From contig NC_043001.1 of the NCBI RefSeq assembly GCF_006345805.1, forward strand, positions 121,768,001-121,832,000: DNA of 64,000 nt. Reading direction: 5' to 3'. Shown piece by piece: positions 40,235 through 52,385 of the stretch (position 1 is the stretch's first letter; each line of letters opens with the position of its first letter). This stretch comes from Octopus sinensis. Lineage: Eukaryota. A program made the translations under genes and the position numbers. The notes beneath the pieces were generated by a model. That model was not told where the DNA came from, searched no databases, and saw only the letters and a list, made by a program, of their open reading frames with translations.

Positions 40235-40300
40235 CCAGAAAATGAAGTTGAATGCAAACATCAAATATTTGATGCAAGTATAACATCCTCCGAGACCCAT
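40235..40300 (-). CDS. First coding exon of a tetraspanin (CD9/CD81-like): MGLGGCYTCIKYLMFAFNFIFW
   Basis: ATG in good context (cagcaacATGG). The 22 codons match the tetraspanin N-terminus/TM1 (CD81 MGVEGCTKCIKYLLFVFNFVFW; CD9 ...KCIKYLLFGFNFIFW). The exon ends at a perfect phase-0 donor TGG|GTAAGT, the same intron position as in CD9/CD81. A possible acceptor for the UTR part is ctcttgctgtag| at 40361/40360. Confidence 0.9.
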
Positions 40301-40559
40301 GTTGCTGATTTTTTGTTCGTTCTGTGTTTAGACTTTTTTTCACACTAAAATTTCTCCAAACTACAGCAAGAGTAGCAACGATGACAAGTAACAACAAGTA
40401 ATTGGTGATAGTAGTTACTTTATTGTAAGCTTGTTGTGGTTGTAATTATAGCTGTTTTTAGTTGTTGGTGGTGGTGAGTATTGTTTTGATTTCGGTTGGT
40501 CACTGGGAGAAGGTTTTTTTAGCGATATATGTATGTGTGGTTTGGTGTGTATATAAAGA

Positions 40560-41830
40560 TGTCCTAGTAGTTAGTAATGAAGTAGAGGTGAGTGTGCGCA
40601 CGCCTGCTTGAATATGTAGTGTATGTAAAACTGCGAGTGGTTCGAGGAAAGAGAGGGAAAGAGCGAAAGAAAGAGACTGTTTGTATATGTAGGTGTGTGT
40701 GTGTGCGCGTGTACGTAATGAATGGAAAGAGAGTGAGAGAGACAGACAGACAGATACACGTACACAAACCGTAAATGAATTCAGACCAGAGAAAAAAAGA
40801 GAGTGCAGCTAAAAAAGAGAGAGAGAGAGAGAGAATGTGTGAGCGATAGTGAATGAATGAGTGATAGAGAGAGTAAATTTAAATACCGAGAGAGAAAGAG
40901 AGGGAAAGAGAGCGGGAGAGTATAACAGTCGCTTAGAAAGAGGAAATGAATTTAGACCAAAAAGAGAGAAAGAGTGTAAGCGTGAGAGAGAGAGATTGAG
41001 TGGTAGTAAGAGAGAAAGTGATAAGGATGAGGTTGTGAGATGGTGATGCTATATATAAAAAAGGTTTAGTGAGGTTTGGTTTTATTGGATGGCAACTGGT
41101 GATGGTATCGACGGAGGAGCTACAGCCTGCTGTTAGTGTTGGGAGAAAGTGTGTGTGTGTGAAGGAGAGAGAAAGAGAGAGAGAGAGAGTAAAAGAATGT
41201 GCAGCGAAACTAGGAGGGAAAGTATAAGAGAGTAATGAAGTGAGATTGAGGGAGAATAAGAATGTTAAGTAATGCTTGTAAAAGACTGAGAGAGAGGGGA
41301 TGGGGAGGGAAAAGACGAGAAAGAGAGAGGGAAGGAAACGTGTGAAAGGGAAAAAGTAAAGGAATGTGATGTGTGGGAGGTGCAGAGTAAGAGAGAAAGA
41401 GAAGGGGGTGAGAGAAAGATTGAGAAAGAATATTAAGAAATACTCGCGAAAAACAGAAAATAGGGGGAAAGAAAGTGAGAGAGTGGAAGAAAAATTGGGA
41501 TATATAAAAGGGTTACTATTTATAGGGCAAGAACAAGCCGTTAAGAAAGAGCAGTTTACATTGAGGAAGAAAAGAGGAAACTATTAAGAAGAAACTATGT
41601 TTGTGTGGGCTAGTGAGAGAAAGAGATAGATAGATAGAGAGAGAGAGATAAGTGGGAGAGAAGGAGAGAAAGAGTATGCTTAAAAGGAAGGTATGACCGA
41701 ATATAATTAAGTCAGTAAGGGAGTGACTAAGTTGATTGAGTAATAATAACTAGGTGGTATGGGTGAAAGATAGAGTTGAAGCAAGAAATGTTAGAAGGAA
41801 AAAAAACTGAGTGAACGGTGAGGAAGAGAA
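40560..41830 (-). promoter_or_regulatory. GA/CT-rich region upstream of the tetraspanin start exon (putative promoter or 5'UTR intron)
   Basis: Position and composition only; no TSS evidence. Confidence 0.25.
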
Positions 41831-41849
41831 ATAAGGAGTTAGAAAACTA

Positions 41850-41857
41850 GATAGATT

Positions 41858-41945
<88 letters not shown>

Positions 41946-42009
41946 TAGGTAGGTAGGTAGATAGATAAGTAGGTAGGTAGATAGATAAGTAGGTAGGTAG
42001 GTAGGTAAG

Positions 42010-42050
<41 letters not shown>

Positions 42051-42150
42051 GATAGATAGATAGATAGGTAGGTAGGTAGGTAGGTAGGTAGGTAGGTAGA
42101 CAGATAGATAGATATAGATAGATAGATAGATAGATAGATAGATTGATAGA
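41850..42150. repeat. (GATA)n/(GGTA)n microsatellite
   Basis: Direct reading. Confidence 0.95.
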
Positions 42151-42478
42151 TGGAGAGAGGGAGAGAGAGAGAAGGTATTAGACCAAGAAATAATATTATT
42201 GAGAGTGAGTGATTGAATAAGGGGTTGACTGAATGAATAAATTATGGGAGTCAGGTGAAAGTGAAAGAAAGGTAGATTTTAAGAGAAAACGAAAGAGAAG
42301 GGATGAATAGAAAAAAACTATTGTGGGACGAAAGGATCAGAGCAAGTAGGCGGTGGGGGCTAAATGTAAGTTAAGAGAAAGATGTGAAGAGAAAAAGGGA
42401 AAGTTTAGCAGGGGATAGATAAATAGATAGATAGATAGATAGAAGTAATCAAGAGAAGAAGAAAGTAAAATAACTAAA

Positions 42479-42880
42479 TCTATATATATAAAAGAAAAGT
42501 TGTGTGGTGTCTGTCTCCTACGATTTAGATTCCTAACTACTCCCACATTTTGCGGTGCAGTTTAACCAAAAGTGGGTATCTTATAGTCGTGATTCATATC
42601 GAGCCCTTCTGGGTATTAGCGCGCGTCTACGATGAGTCTACGATTAAAAAAAAAATTTACTATCATTTTTTCCATTTTTAATGCATTTTTTTGCTATTAT
42701 ATAAGGGAAGTAACTCTCTAAAAATGTCTACGATGAGTCTACGATTTAAAAAAAAATTTGCCATCATTTTTTTCCATTTTTAATGCATTTTTTGCTATTA
42801 TATAAGGGAAGTAACTCTCTAAAAATGCTTATATAGTTATTTCCCTTACAAACCCGAGCAACGCCGGGCGATACTGCTAG
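42479..42880 (+). mobile_element. Non-autonomous Helitron with internal 101-bp tandem duplication
   Basis: A|TC ... hairpin ... CTAG|T. Duplicated unit 42625-42725 / 42726-42826. Confidence 0.85.
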
Positions 42881-44107
42881 TAGATAATAAATGAATAAAT
42901 TAAATTAAGATAACACTTGTAATAAAGAGAAAAAGAACCCATTAGTTTTCATGATAATTCTTACCAAGAAAGGCAAGGGGAAGAATTCCGAAATAAAAAT
43001 TAATTTAAAATTGAGCTGGAGAGCATGCTGTGTAGAGTGAATCTTTGGCATGTACATTGATAATTCCAGGCGTTTTTCGGACTAGCTAGACCTCTTCAGC
43101 AATGCATAGTTTTACTCGTCCTCACTAGATCTTAGAATAATTGAGATGTTAAATTATTTTGAATGAAAAACATTCACCGATTAAGCAATTTAAAACAAGG
43201 ATTTAGACAAGATTTTCCAAGGGTATCTTCTGCTGGAAAAACGTATACCTAATTGGTGACTAATGTACTTAATTAAGACAATGACAAGGGGGATAACTCC
43301 GAATCCTAAATTGATTAAAATATTTGAGTGCGGAAAAAGAGGAGGGATTTTGATCATTGCTGTATGCGGTAACAACTTTGGACATGTTTCGTTCTTATAC
43401 TTATGAGGCAATTTAAAATAATGGAGAATATATACGGATATTTACATCGGCGTGAGTAAAACAGATACAGTCGTGCGGTTTTATTAAATTATCTCCCTTT
43501 ACTCGGATGTCCACTTCGCAACAATGCGTCTTTCGGAAATGATGTAAATACTTAAAGTACAGGAACAAAGAAAGAAAAAGAAAGAATAGAAAGACTAAAA
43601 GAAAAAAACTTGGAGGTGGTTCTTCAGTACGACCGTCGTTCAATGACTGAAAGTAGTGCAAACATAAAACAATAAAAAGGCGGGAGAGAGAGAAGGAAAG
43701 AAGGAGTTTGTTATTGTGTGTGTGTAAGAGAGAGAGAAAAGGAGAGAGAAAAAGAGAGGAGAGAGAGAGAGAGAGAGAAGATGAGGGAGATAGAAGATAG
43801 CAGAAAAGAGAGAAGGAAAACGGTAAATTAATATATAATGAACCGCACATTATCAAATGCGGTTTGGTAGAAAAAAATATAGACAGAATGATGGAGATAT
43901 AGAGAGAAGTCATATGACTGCAATAGAGATTGGTAGAAAGAGAGAGACAACGTTAGAGCGAGGGCGAAAGGGCTGGTAGAAAGAGATAAGGCGCGCGCTT
44001 ATGTGTGTGTGTGTAAATGAGAGAGGGAGAGAGAGAGAAAGAGAAAGAAAGAGAGTATGTGTGTGCGATAGAGAAAGAGAGAGAGAGACTGTCTGTCTAT
44101 CTGTCTG

Positions 44108-44156
<49 letters not shown>

Positions 44157-44277
44157 TTATCTGTATGTATGTATGTATGTATGTATGTATGTATGTATGC
44201 ATGTATGTATCGTATGTATAAAGAGAACATACATCTATAGTGTTCATGTGCATGTATAGTGTATATGTACAGCCTAT

Positions 44278-44342
<65 letters not shown>

Positions 44343-44343
44343 C

Positions 44344-44430
<87 letters not shown>

Positions 44431-44492
44431 AGAAAGATAGATGAAAGATAGATAGATAGATAGATGATGATAGATAGAGGATAGATAGATAC

Positions 44493-44531
<39 letters not shown>

Positions 44532-45332
44532 GGAGAGTGAGAGACACGGACACAAATACTTACACACACACACACACACACACATACACACACACACACA
44601 CATACACAAGGGAGAGAGGTACTGAGGTTGGGAGGAGGCTATATGAACAAGAGGTGCTGATAGAGAAAGAGATAGAGAGACAGACAAAAGATAGACGTTT
44701 TATTCTTTTATTTCTCTCAGTCATGTGACTGCGGCCATGCTGGAGCACTACCTTTAGTCGAGCAAATCGACCCCAGGACTTTGTAAGCCTAGTACTTATT
44801 CTATCGGTCTCTTTTGCCGAACCGCTAAACACACCAAATGTCAAGCGATGTTGGGAGGACAAACACAGACACGCAAACATACACATACATTTATACGGCG
44901 GGTTTCTTTCAGTTTCCGTCTACCAAATCCACTCACAAGGCTTTGATCGGCCGAGGCTATAGCAGAAGACACTTGCCCAAGGTGCCACGCAATGGGACTG
45001 AACCCGGAACCATGTGGTTGGTAAGCAAGCTACTTACCACACAGCCACTGGCATGACGCATAGGTAGATAAAGGCAAAGTAGTGCAAGACAATGGTAAGA
45101 AGTTCAAGAGTTCTGGAGAACCAGACTGGATAGCATAAAAACAAAAACGAAAAAAACCCAACAAAAACAAAAGGAAACTCCAATTCGAAAACTGTTCCGA
45201 ATGTTTGTTTTTTATTTCTTTTTATTTTATTTTTTTTCTGTTACAAGGGCCACAAAAGTACTTAGGGCAATGCAAATGAAAAGGAGTTTGGGCGTAGTGA
45301 TTACGTAGAAACGAGTAAACAATAAAATAATT

Positions 45333-46013
45333 GGCGCAGGAGCGGCTGTGTGGTAAGTAGCTTGCTTCATCATCATCATTGTTCGACCGTGGTCGAGACA
45401 ATGGAATTTACCATGCTACGCCAGACTTCACGGTCCATCATGGCATTACGGAGGTCCTGTTGCTGGATGCCTGTATCCCTGGAGATTACATCAGGGTAGG
45501 AGAGTGTGCGCCCTCTGGTATTGTGAGTAGATGGCTTCCAGAGGAGAAGAGTAGAAATTACCTCTTTGTCAGCTCTACAACAATGTCCAGCAAACTGGAG
45601 TCTCTTACCTTTCACAATGTGCTTACCAACCACATGGTTCCGAGTTCAGTCCCACTGCGTGGCACCTTGGGCAAATGTCTTCTACTATAGCCTCGGGCCG
45701 ACCAAAGCCTTATGAGTGGCTTTGGTAGGCGGAAACTGAAAGAAGCCCGTCGTATATATGTATATGCATATATATATATATGTGTGTGTGTTTGTGTGTC
45801 TGTGTTTGTCCCACCCCCCAACATCACTTGACAACCGATGCTGGTGTGTTTACGTCCCCGTTACTTAGCGGTTCGACAAAAGAGACCGATAGAATAAGTA
45901 CTAGGCTTACAAAGAATAAGTCCTGGGGTCGATTTGCCCGACTAAAGGCGGTGCTCCTGCATGGCCGCAGTCAAATGACTGAAACAAGTAAAAGAGTAAA
46001 AGAGTAAAGAGTA
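45333..46013 (+). mobile_element. SINE A+B interrupted by an RTE insertion
   Basis: The head consensus gtagcttgcttaccaacc is split at tgctt. Confidence 0.9.
45368..45619 (-). mobile_element. 5'-truncated RTE-clade LINE (ORF2 C-terminus plus (TGA)n tail)
   Basis: Open frame RLQFAGHC..R..E.I..LLLW.P...RGR..SY.D.I.RD.G.....L..AM.DR..WR..V typical of the RTE C-terminus. The stop runs into tgatgatga. 5-bp TSD TGCTT (45363-45367, 45620-45624). Confidence 0.88.
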
Positions 46014-46582
46014 ATGCTAATAATTTTCCCCCACCCCCCACCATTTTTTTTCGAAACCTCAATGGATGGAGAAAACGCTACTCTTGGGCAACCTCCCAAG
46101 TGCACAACAACAACAACAACAACTACTACTACTGTTAGTTGTCCCATGTTTGTAGTAGCGACGGTAGTTGTTTTTGTTGTTTGTTGTTTGGCCCTAGGCT
46201 GGTGTTGATCGAGCACATTTATGATGAAAGCTAGTCCAGTCGCGATCATACAGCATTTTTTTTTTTTTATAGGCGTAGGAGTGGTTGTGTTGTAAGTAGC
46301 TTGCTTACCAACCACATTGTTCCGGGTTCAGTCCCGCTGCATGGCACCTTGAGCGAGTGTCTTTTACTGTAGCCTCGGGCCGCCCAAAGCCTTGTGAGTG
46401 GACTTGGTAGTCGGAAACTGAAAGAAGCCCATCGTATATATATGTATATGTGTGTGTGTGTTTGTGTCTGTGTTAGTCGCCCAAATCATCGCTTGACAAC
46501 CGGTGTTGGTGTGTTTACGTCCCCGTAACTTAGCATTTCGGCAAAAGAGTCCGGTAGAATAAATACTAGTTTACAAAGAATA

Positions 46583-46650
46583 TGGCGTAGTGGTTAAGAG
46601 CACGGGCTACTAACCCCAAGATTCCAAGTTCGATTCCAGGCTGTGACCCG

Positions 46651-46680
<30 letters not shown>
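46583..46680 (+). mobile_element. 98-bp tRNA-like micro-SINE with (AAT)n tail inserted in SINE B
   Basis: A box TGGCGTAGTGG, B box GTTCGATTCC, 12-bp TSD TTACAAAGAATA (46571-46582, 46681-46692). Confidence 0.88.
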
Positions 46681-46681
<1 letters not shown>

Positions 46682-47039
46682 TACAAAGAATAAGTCCTGA
46701 ATTCAATTTGTTCAACAAAAGCCGGTGCTCCAGCATGGCCGCAGTCAAACTTACTGAAACAAGTCAAAGAATAAATGAATACATATCGGGAAGAACCTTA
46801 TTTAATGCGTCCTTTCATGTTTATTAAAATTTTTTTTTTTTATATCTAGTGTGATTTTGAGGGAAATCCTGGCTGCTGTTTCTGTTACTCGAATGACCAG
46901 GTACAAAGAGGTTCCCTCGTTTTCTCGGATAACAAACGGTGGTCATGAAGTTGATGAGTATAGTTTACAATTTAAATGAAGTCTTATGACTTACATTGTA
47001 GCAGCTGCACCAGCAGCAGTAGTAGTAGAGTTAATAGTA

Positions 47040-47041
47040 GT

Positions 47042-47079
<38 letters not shown>

Positions 47080-47213
47080 ATTAGGATGTAGGCGGTGAAA
47101 AACGAACACACCCAAGCGCGCGGCTGGTTAACAGCACCTAGTAAGGAAAAGCGAAGTGCAAGCTGTCGTACTACTACTGTTACTACTACTACTACTACTG
47201 CTGCTGCTGCAGT

Positions 47214-47253
<40 letters not shown>

Positions 47254-47284
47254 GCTGCTGCTACTACTACTACTACTGTTGCTG

Positions 47285-47326
<42 letters not shown>

Positions 47327-47428
47327 ATACTACTACCACCACCACCACCACTACCACCACCAGTAACTGCGGCAGCCATAATACAGAACAGTCAGCCATA
47401 CGCCAAACAGTAGCTGTTACAACAATGA

Positions 47429-47515
<87 letters not shown>

Positions 47516-47530
47516 CAGTAGTAGTAGAGG
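47040..47530. repeat. Alternating (AGT)n / (ACT)n / (AGT)n trinucleotide tracts
   Basis: Direct reading. Confidence 0.9.
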
Positions 47531-48217
47531 CAGGTGGAGCGTCAGTCACCAGCAACAGTAGTTTGTCAGTTACCGTTTAGCCACAGGTCAGAGCTGGCAC
47601 ACCAGACATGCGCAAAGCTGTTGATCCAAAGCTCAACCATCCATGACCACAACGCTTTTGTTTCCGTCTTCCTTTCTTAATCGTTTGCAATTATTAAGGA
47701 CTACATAATGTGACGTGTGTGTCCTCCAAAGACAGAAAGGTGTGATTTCAAGGAAGATTTTGGTTGTTATTTTTAGCAGCTTGAACCACTGTGTCGATGT
47801 CCCTATCTATTGATGTCCGCCTGGGCCTGCTCTAATTGAACAGAACTATATTCAAAGGCGTTCCAACTGTGACCGACCCATCTTTTATGCAGACGTAGCG
47901 CATCCAGGATTCTCATTATTATTATTATTCGATGTGTCCTTCCCTCTTAAGATGGTAAGTTGTGACGCCAGGGAAATTTGGTTACTATTCCTAGCAGGTG
48001 GGATGCTGTTATTGTTATCAAGAAGGTGGAGAGCTGGTAGAACAAGCCGGACAAAATGCTTCACAGCATTTCGTCCGTCTTCTCGTTGTGAGTTCAAATT
48101 CCGCCGGAGTCGACTTAGCCTTTCATATCCTTTGTGGTGGGGGTCGATAAAATAAATACCAGTCAAGTATTGGGGTCAATTTGCCCCTTCCCCCCAAATT
48201 CAGGCCTTGGATTATTA

Positions 48218-48251
<34 letters not shown>

Positions 48252-48829
48252 GTTGTCGTTTAGTCCTTGGTCAGTCCTGATCGAGTAGACCTAACAGTAA
48301 TCAAGCATTCCAGCCGTGACTATCTCATTTTATGCACGAACTACATTTATTTACAGTGTCTTGTTTTCGACGACGGTGGGATTTGAAATGAGGGACATTT
48401 GGCTGCTATTTCTAACTTGCTAACTGCCTTATACAGATTCCATGTTGACAATAGTCATGACATTATAATTTAACACTGGGTCAGTCCTGATCAAGAGGAC
48501 CTACGAACAAAGGCGTTCTATTCATGACCATCCCGTTTTCTTTAGATATTTTCTTTTTGTATATTCGTGACTACATCACCAAAGTGTACTGCACTTTTTT
48601 TTTTTAAAGATGGTTATGCGTGACATGGGGGAGATTTCGCTGCTATTTCTAGCTGATGGAGCAACCGCTGAAAGGCTCCTTCTGACAGTGTAGGCGGGTG
48701 TTGTAAACTGAAGAGATTGTGTATAATAAGACACAGGAGAACAAGTTGTTGGTGCTTGTCATCATCTTTGTTGACAGGCGCACTTAATGAGGCAGAATAA
48801 TAAACTAGTGATGACATAATGATGATGGC

Positions 48830-50200
48830 GGCGGTGGCGGTAATGATGGCGGTGGCGGTGGCAGTGCTGATGGTGATGATGATGGTGATGGTTCGGCGAA
48901 GATGGTGGTGAAGGCTTAGACGGTGGTGCTGGTATTGCCGGTAGTGGTGGCGGTGGTGGTGGTGGTGGTGGTAGTGGTGGTGGTGGTGGTAGTGGTGGCG
49001 GCAGTAGTGCTGATGGTGATGGTTCGGCGAAGATGGTGGTGAAGGCTTAGACGGTGGTGCTGGTATTGCCGGTAGTGGTGGCGGTGGTGGTGGTGGTGGT
49101 AGTGGTGGTGGTGGTGGTAGTGGTGGCGGCAGTAGTGCTGATGGTGATGGTTCGGCGAAGATGGTGGTGAAGGCTTAGACGGTGGTGCTGGTATTGCCGG
49201 TAGTGGTGGCAGTGGTGGTGGTGGTGGTAGTGGTGGTGGTGGTGGTAGTGGTGGCGGCAGTAGTGCTGATGGTGATGGTTCGGCGAAGATGGTGGTGAAG
49301 GCTTAGACGGTGGTGTTGGTATTGCCGGTAGTGGCGGTGGTGGTGGTTGTGGTGATAATGGTAGTGGTGGTGGTGGTGGTGATAATGGTAGTGGTTGTGG
49401 TGGTGATAATGGTAGTGGTGGTGGTGGTGGTGATAATGGTAGTGGTTGTGGTGGTGATAATGGTAATGGTTGTGGTGGTGATGGCGGGGAAAAGCGGTGA
49501 TGGTGATGCTGATCGTGGCGACAGTGATGCTGGTGGTGGTGGTGGTGGTGGCGGCAGTAGTGCTGATGGTGATGATGGTGATGGGTTCGGCGAAGATGGT
49601 GGTGAAGGCTTAGACGGTGGTGTTGGTATTGCCGGTAGTGGCGGTGGTGGTGGTTGTGGTGATAATGGTAGTGGTGGTGGTGATAATAATGGTAGTGGTT
49701 GTGGTGGTGATGGCGGGGAAAAGCGGTGATGGTGATGCTGATCGTGGCGACAGTGATGCTGGTGGTGGTGGTGGTGGCGGCAGTAGTGCTGATGGCGATG
49801 ATGGTGATGGGTTCCTCGAAGATGGTGGTGAAGGCCTCGATGGTAGTAGTGTTGGTATTGCCGGTAGTGGTGGTGGTGGTGGTGATAATGGTAATGGTTG
49901 TGGTGGTGAGGGCGGTGATGGCGGGGGGGGGGGAAAGCGGTGATGGTGATGTTGATCGTGGTGACAGTGATGCTGGTGGTGGTGGTGGTGGTGGTGGTTA
50001 TGATGGTGATGGTAGCGGTGGTTACACTTGTGAAGGCGGTGGCGGTGATGCTGGTGATAATGCTGTAATAGTTTGCATTGACAGTATTGATGACAGAAAT
50101 ATTAGTGGTGGTGGTGGTGGTGGTGGTGGTGGTGGTAATGGTTGTGATGGTGGTTGTGACAGTAATGGTGTGGGGTGGTGGTGGAAGTGTCGATGGCTGT
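48830..50200. repeat. GC-rich GGT-based compound minisatellite (128-131-bp units, then longer units)
   Basis: Anchor ggttcggcgaagatggtggtgaaggc at 48890, 49021, 49149, 49277 and about 49584, with a variant at about 49811. It continues into (GGT/GGC/GTT)n to about 50700. Confidence 0.88.
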
Positions 50201-50488
50201 GGTGGTTTTAAGCGATGGTGAAGTTGGCGTTATCAGCGAAATCAGTGGTTCGTGACGGTGATGGAGACACCAGTGATAAGGTAGAGGTGGTGGTGTAGGT
50301 GGCGATGGTAATGGTTGTGGTGGTGGTCGCAGTGGTGCAACAGCTGCTGCTGCTGTTGTGCTGTTGTTGTTGTTGTTGTTGTTAGTGATGGTGGTGGTGG
50401 TGGTGGCGGCGATGGTGGTGGTGGTGGTGGTGGCGGCGATGGTGGTGGTGGTGGTGGAGCGGCGATGGCGTAAGTAGCGATGTTGTTG

Positions 50489-50520
<32 letters not shown>

Positions 50521-50641
50521 GGTGGCGGCGGCGGCGGCGGCGGCGATGGTGGTGGAAGCGATGTTGTTGTTGTTGGTGGTGGTGGTGGCGGCGGCGGCGG
50601 CGGCGATGGTGGTGGAAGCGATGTTGTTGTTGCTGTTGTTG

Positions 50642-50673
<32 letters not shown>

Positions 50674-51514
50674 GGTTGTCATTTCTATAATTGTTGTAAA
50701 AATCGCAGTGGCGATAATCTTGTTGTTGATGTGATTGTTGTCGTTGTCATCGTCGTCGATATTATTTAGTCCCATGCCAAACCTTATCGAGCAAACCTAC
50801 AATTAAAATAAATTAGATTAATAAATTATGCTCTCCATCCATGACCAACACATCTTTTTCTTTCTAACGCACACGAGTAATCCCAGGATCACAACATTTC
50901 TCAACGCACCATTTCCTAAGACGTTTGGATGCGATTTGAGGAAGAATTTAGCTGCTACTTTTACTCAGCTCCAGCGATTACGTAAGGACTTGTGGTAGTG
51001 TCATGTAATATATTACAGTATGGGTCATAGTAATGACGATTGGGGTGTGGCCTAAGTGTGGCGGCGGCGGCGATAGTGGAGTTGTTTGAAGTGGTTGTGA
51101 CGATGGCGTGCTTGGAAATCGATAATGGCGTTACTGACGGCAATGGTCAGAGTTGACGTTGTTGTTGCTGTTATTCAGTTCCGAGCCAAATCTGAATCGA
51201 GCAGACCTATGAGCGAATAAATTCCAACCGTGGCCGTTCCACTGACCATCCCGTTACCCCATCACCTTCACCACTACCACTACCACTACTAGCATATGTA
51301 AAGAATATGAAACAGGACCACGTGATCCAACGCATTTTTGTTGTTCTTGCGTGGTTAAGAAGTTTGCTTCTCCTCAACCACACGGTTCCGGGTTCAGAGC
51401 CATTCTGTGGTATCGTAGCATCTTGGACAAGTGTCTTCTACTATAGCCCCGGATTGAACGAGGCCTTGTGAATAGATTCGGAAACTGAAAGAAGCCCATT
51501 CCATATATATATAT

Positions 51515-51809
51515 AACGGGAAGCTTTATGAAAATAAACAAAAGACGAAGGCAGGTGGAATACAAACAAACAATTGTATTAGTATGGCGCTCAGGAATAT
51601 AAATAAAACAAGTCTTTTACGTTTCGAGCCTACGCTCTTCAACAGAAAGATACACAGAAAAGAAACACGGAGAGAAACAAGGAGAGAGAAAAATGCGTGC
51701 AGAAGCTAGCGAATCAACATGGCGATCTGATTCCGGTCAGAAGTCAAAGATCAGACGTGAGACGCAAGAGCGAAAATAGGGGAGATAACAGGGTCAAATG
51801 ACCACGCCC

Positions 51810-51810
<1 letters not shown>
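51515..51810 (-). mobile_element. Penelope-like terminal element with decayed hammerhead scaffold
   Basis: Minus strand CTGTTGA-A-GAGC(GTAG)GCTC-GAAACG. A highly similar second copy lies at 58421-58715; both abut (TA)n. Confidence 0.6.
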
Positions 51811-51847
<37 letters not shown>

Positions 51848-52281
51848 ATATATATATGTAGTATGTATGTATGTATGTATGTATACATATTTTCTATATG
51901 TATACATATGTTAGACAATATATTATTAATTATTAGGTGGTATATTTATTATGTAGTATTAAATTTTAAGATAATTAAGTATTATATTAATTGATATTTA
52001 GTCAACTATATTATAGATTGATATATTAAATCTATAGATACTACACATGTATATTAGTTATATAGTTAGCTTATTTAATGAATTTGTCTATATTTGAACC
52101 ATTTCTTATTTTGATTAAAATTTAATGACTTGTACTAGCATTGTGTATATTAATTAATTTTAAAGTATTTAATAATTTAAGTATTGTTTTAGTTTTCATT
52201 TACTGTATATTTAGTATTTATATATATATATATATTAAAGTATATTTATTAATTAATTATTTTATTATTCTAGTTTATTTT

Positions 52282-52385
52282 TAACCTGATGAGTGGCTAT
52301 ATTTATATCGAAGTGATTTTACTACTACTATTAATTTTTTTACTATAATCATTTCTTAAATATAGCCACGAAACACGTGTCGTTA
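52282..52385 (+). ncRNA. Type I hammerhead ribozyme with extended stem II
   Basis: TAAC-CTGATGA-GTGGCTATATTTA...TAAATATAGCCAC (13 bp perfect)-GAA-AC(ACGT)GT-C|GTTA. Canonical core with G10.1:C11.1, palindromic stem III loop, GUC cleavage after 52381. Confidence 0.85.

Noticed and set aside
43421-43451. Plus-strand ATG mini-exon MENIYGYLHR with a GTGAGT donor
   Set aside because: No downstream partner exon or homology was found.
49310-50775. Gly/Val/Thr-rich ORFs as structural protein genes
   Set aside because: Overlapping ORFs occur in several frames and on both strands of a minisatellite with frameshifting units.
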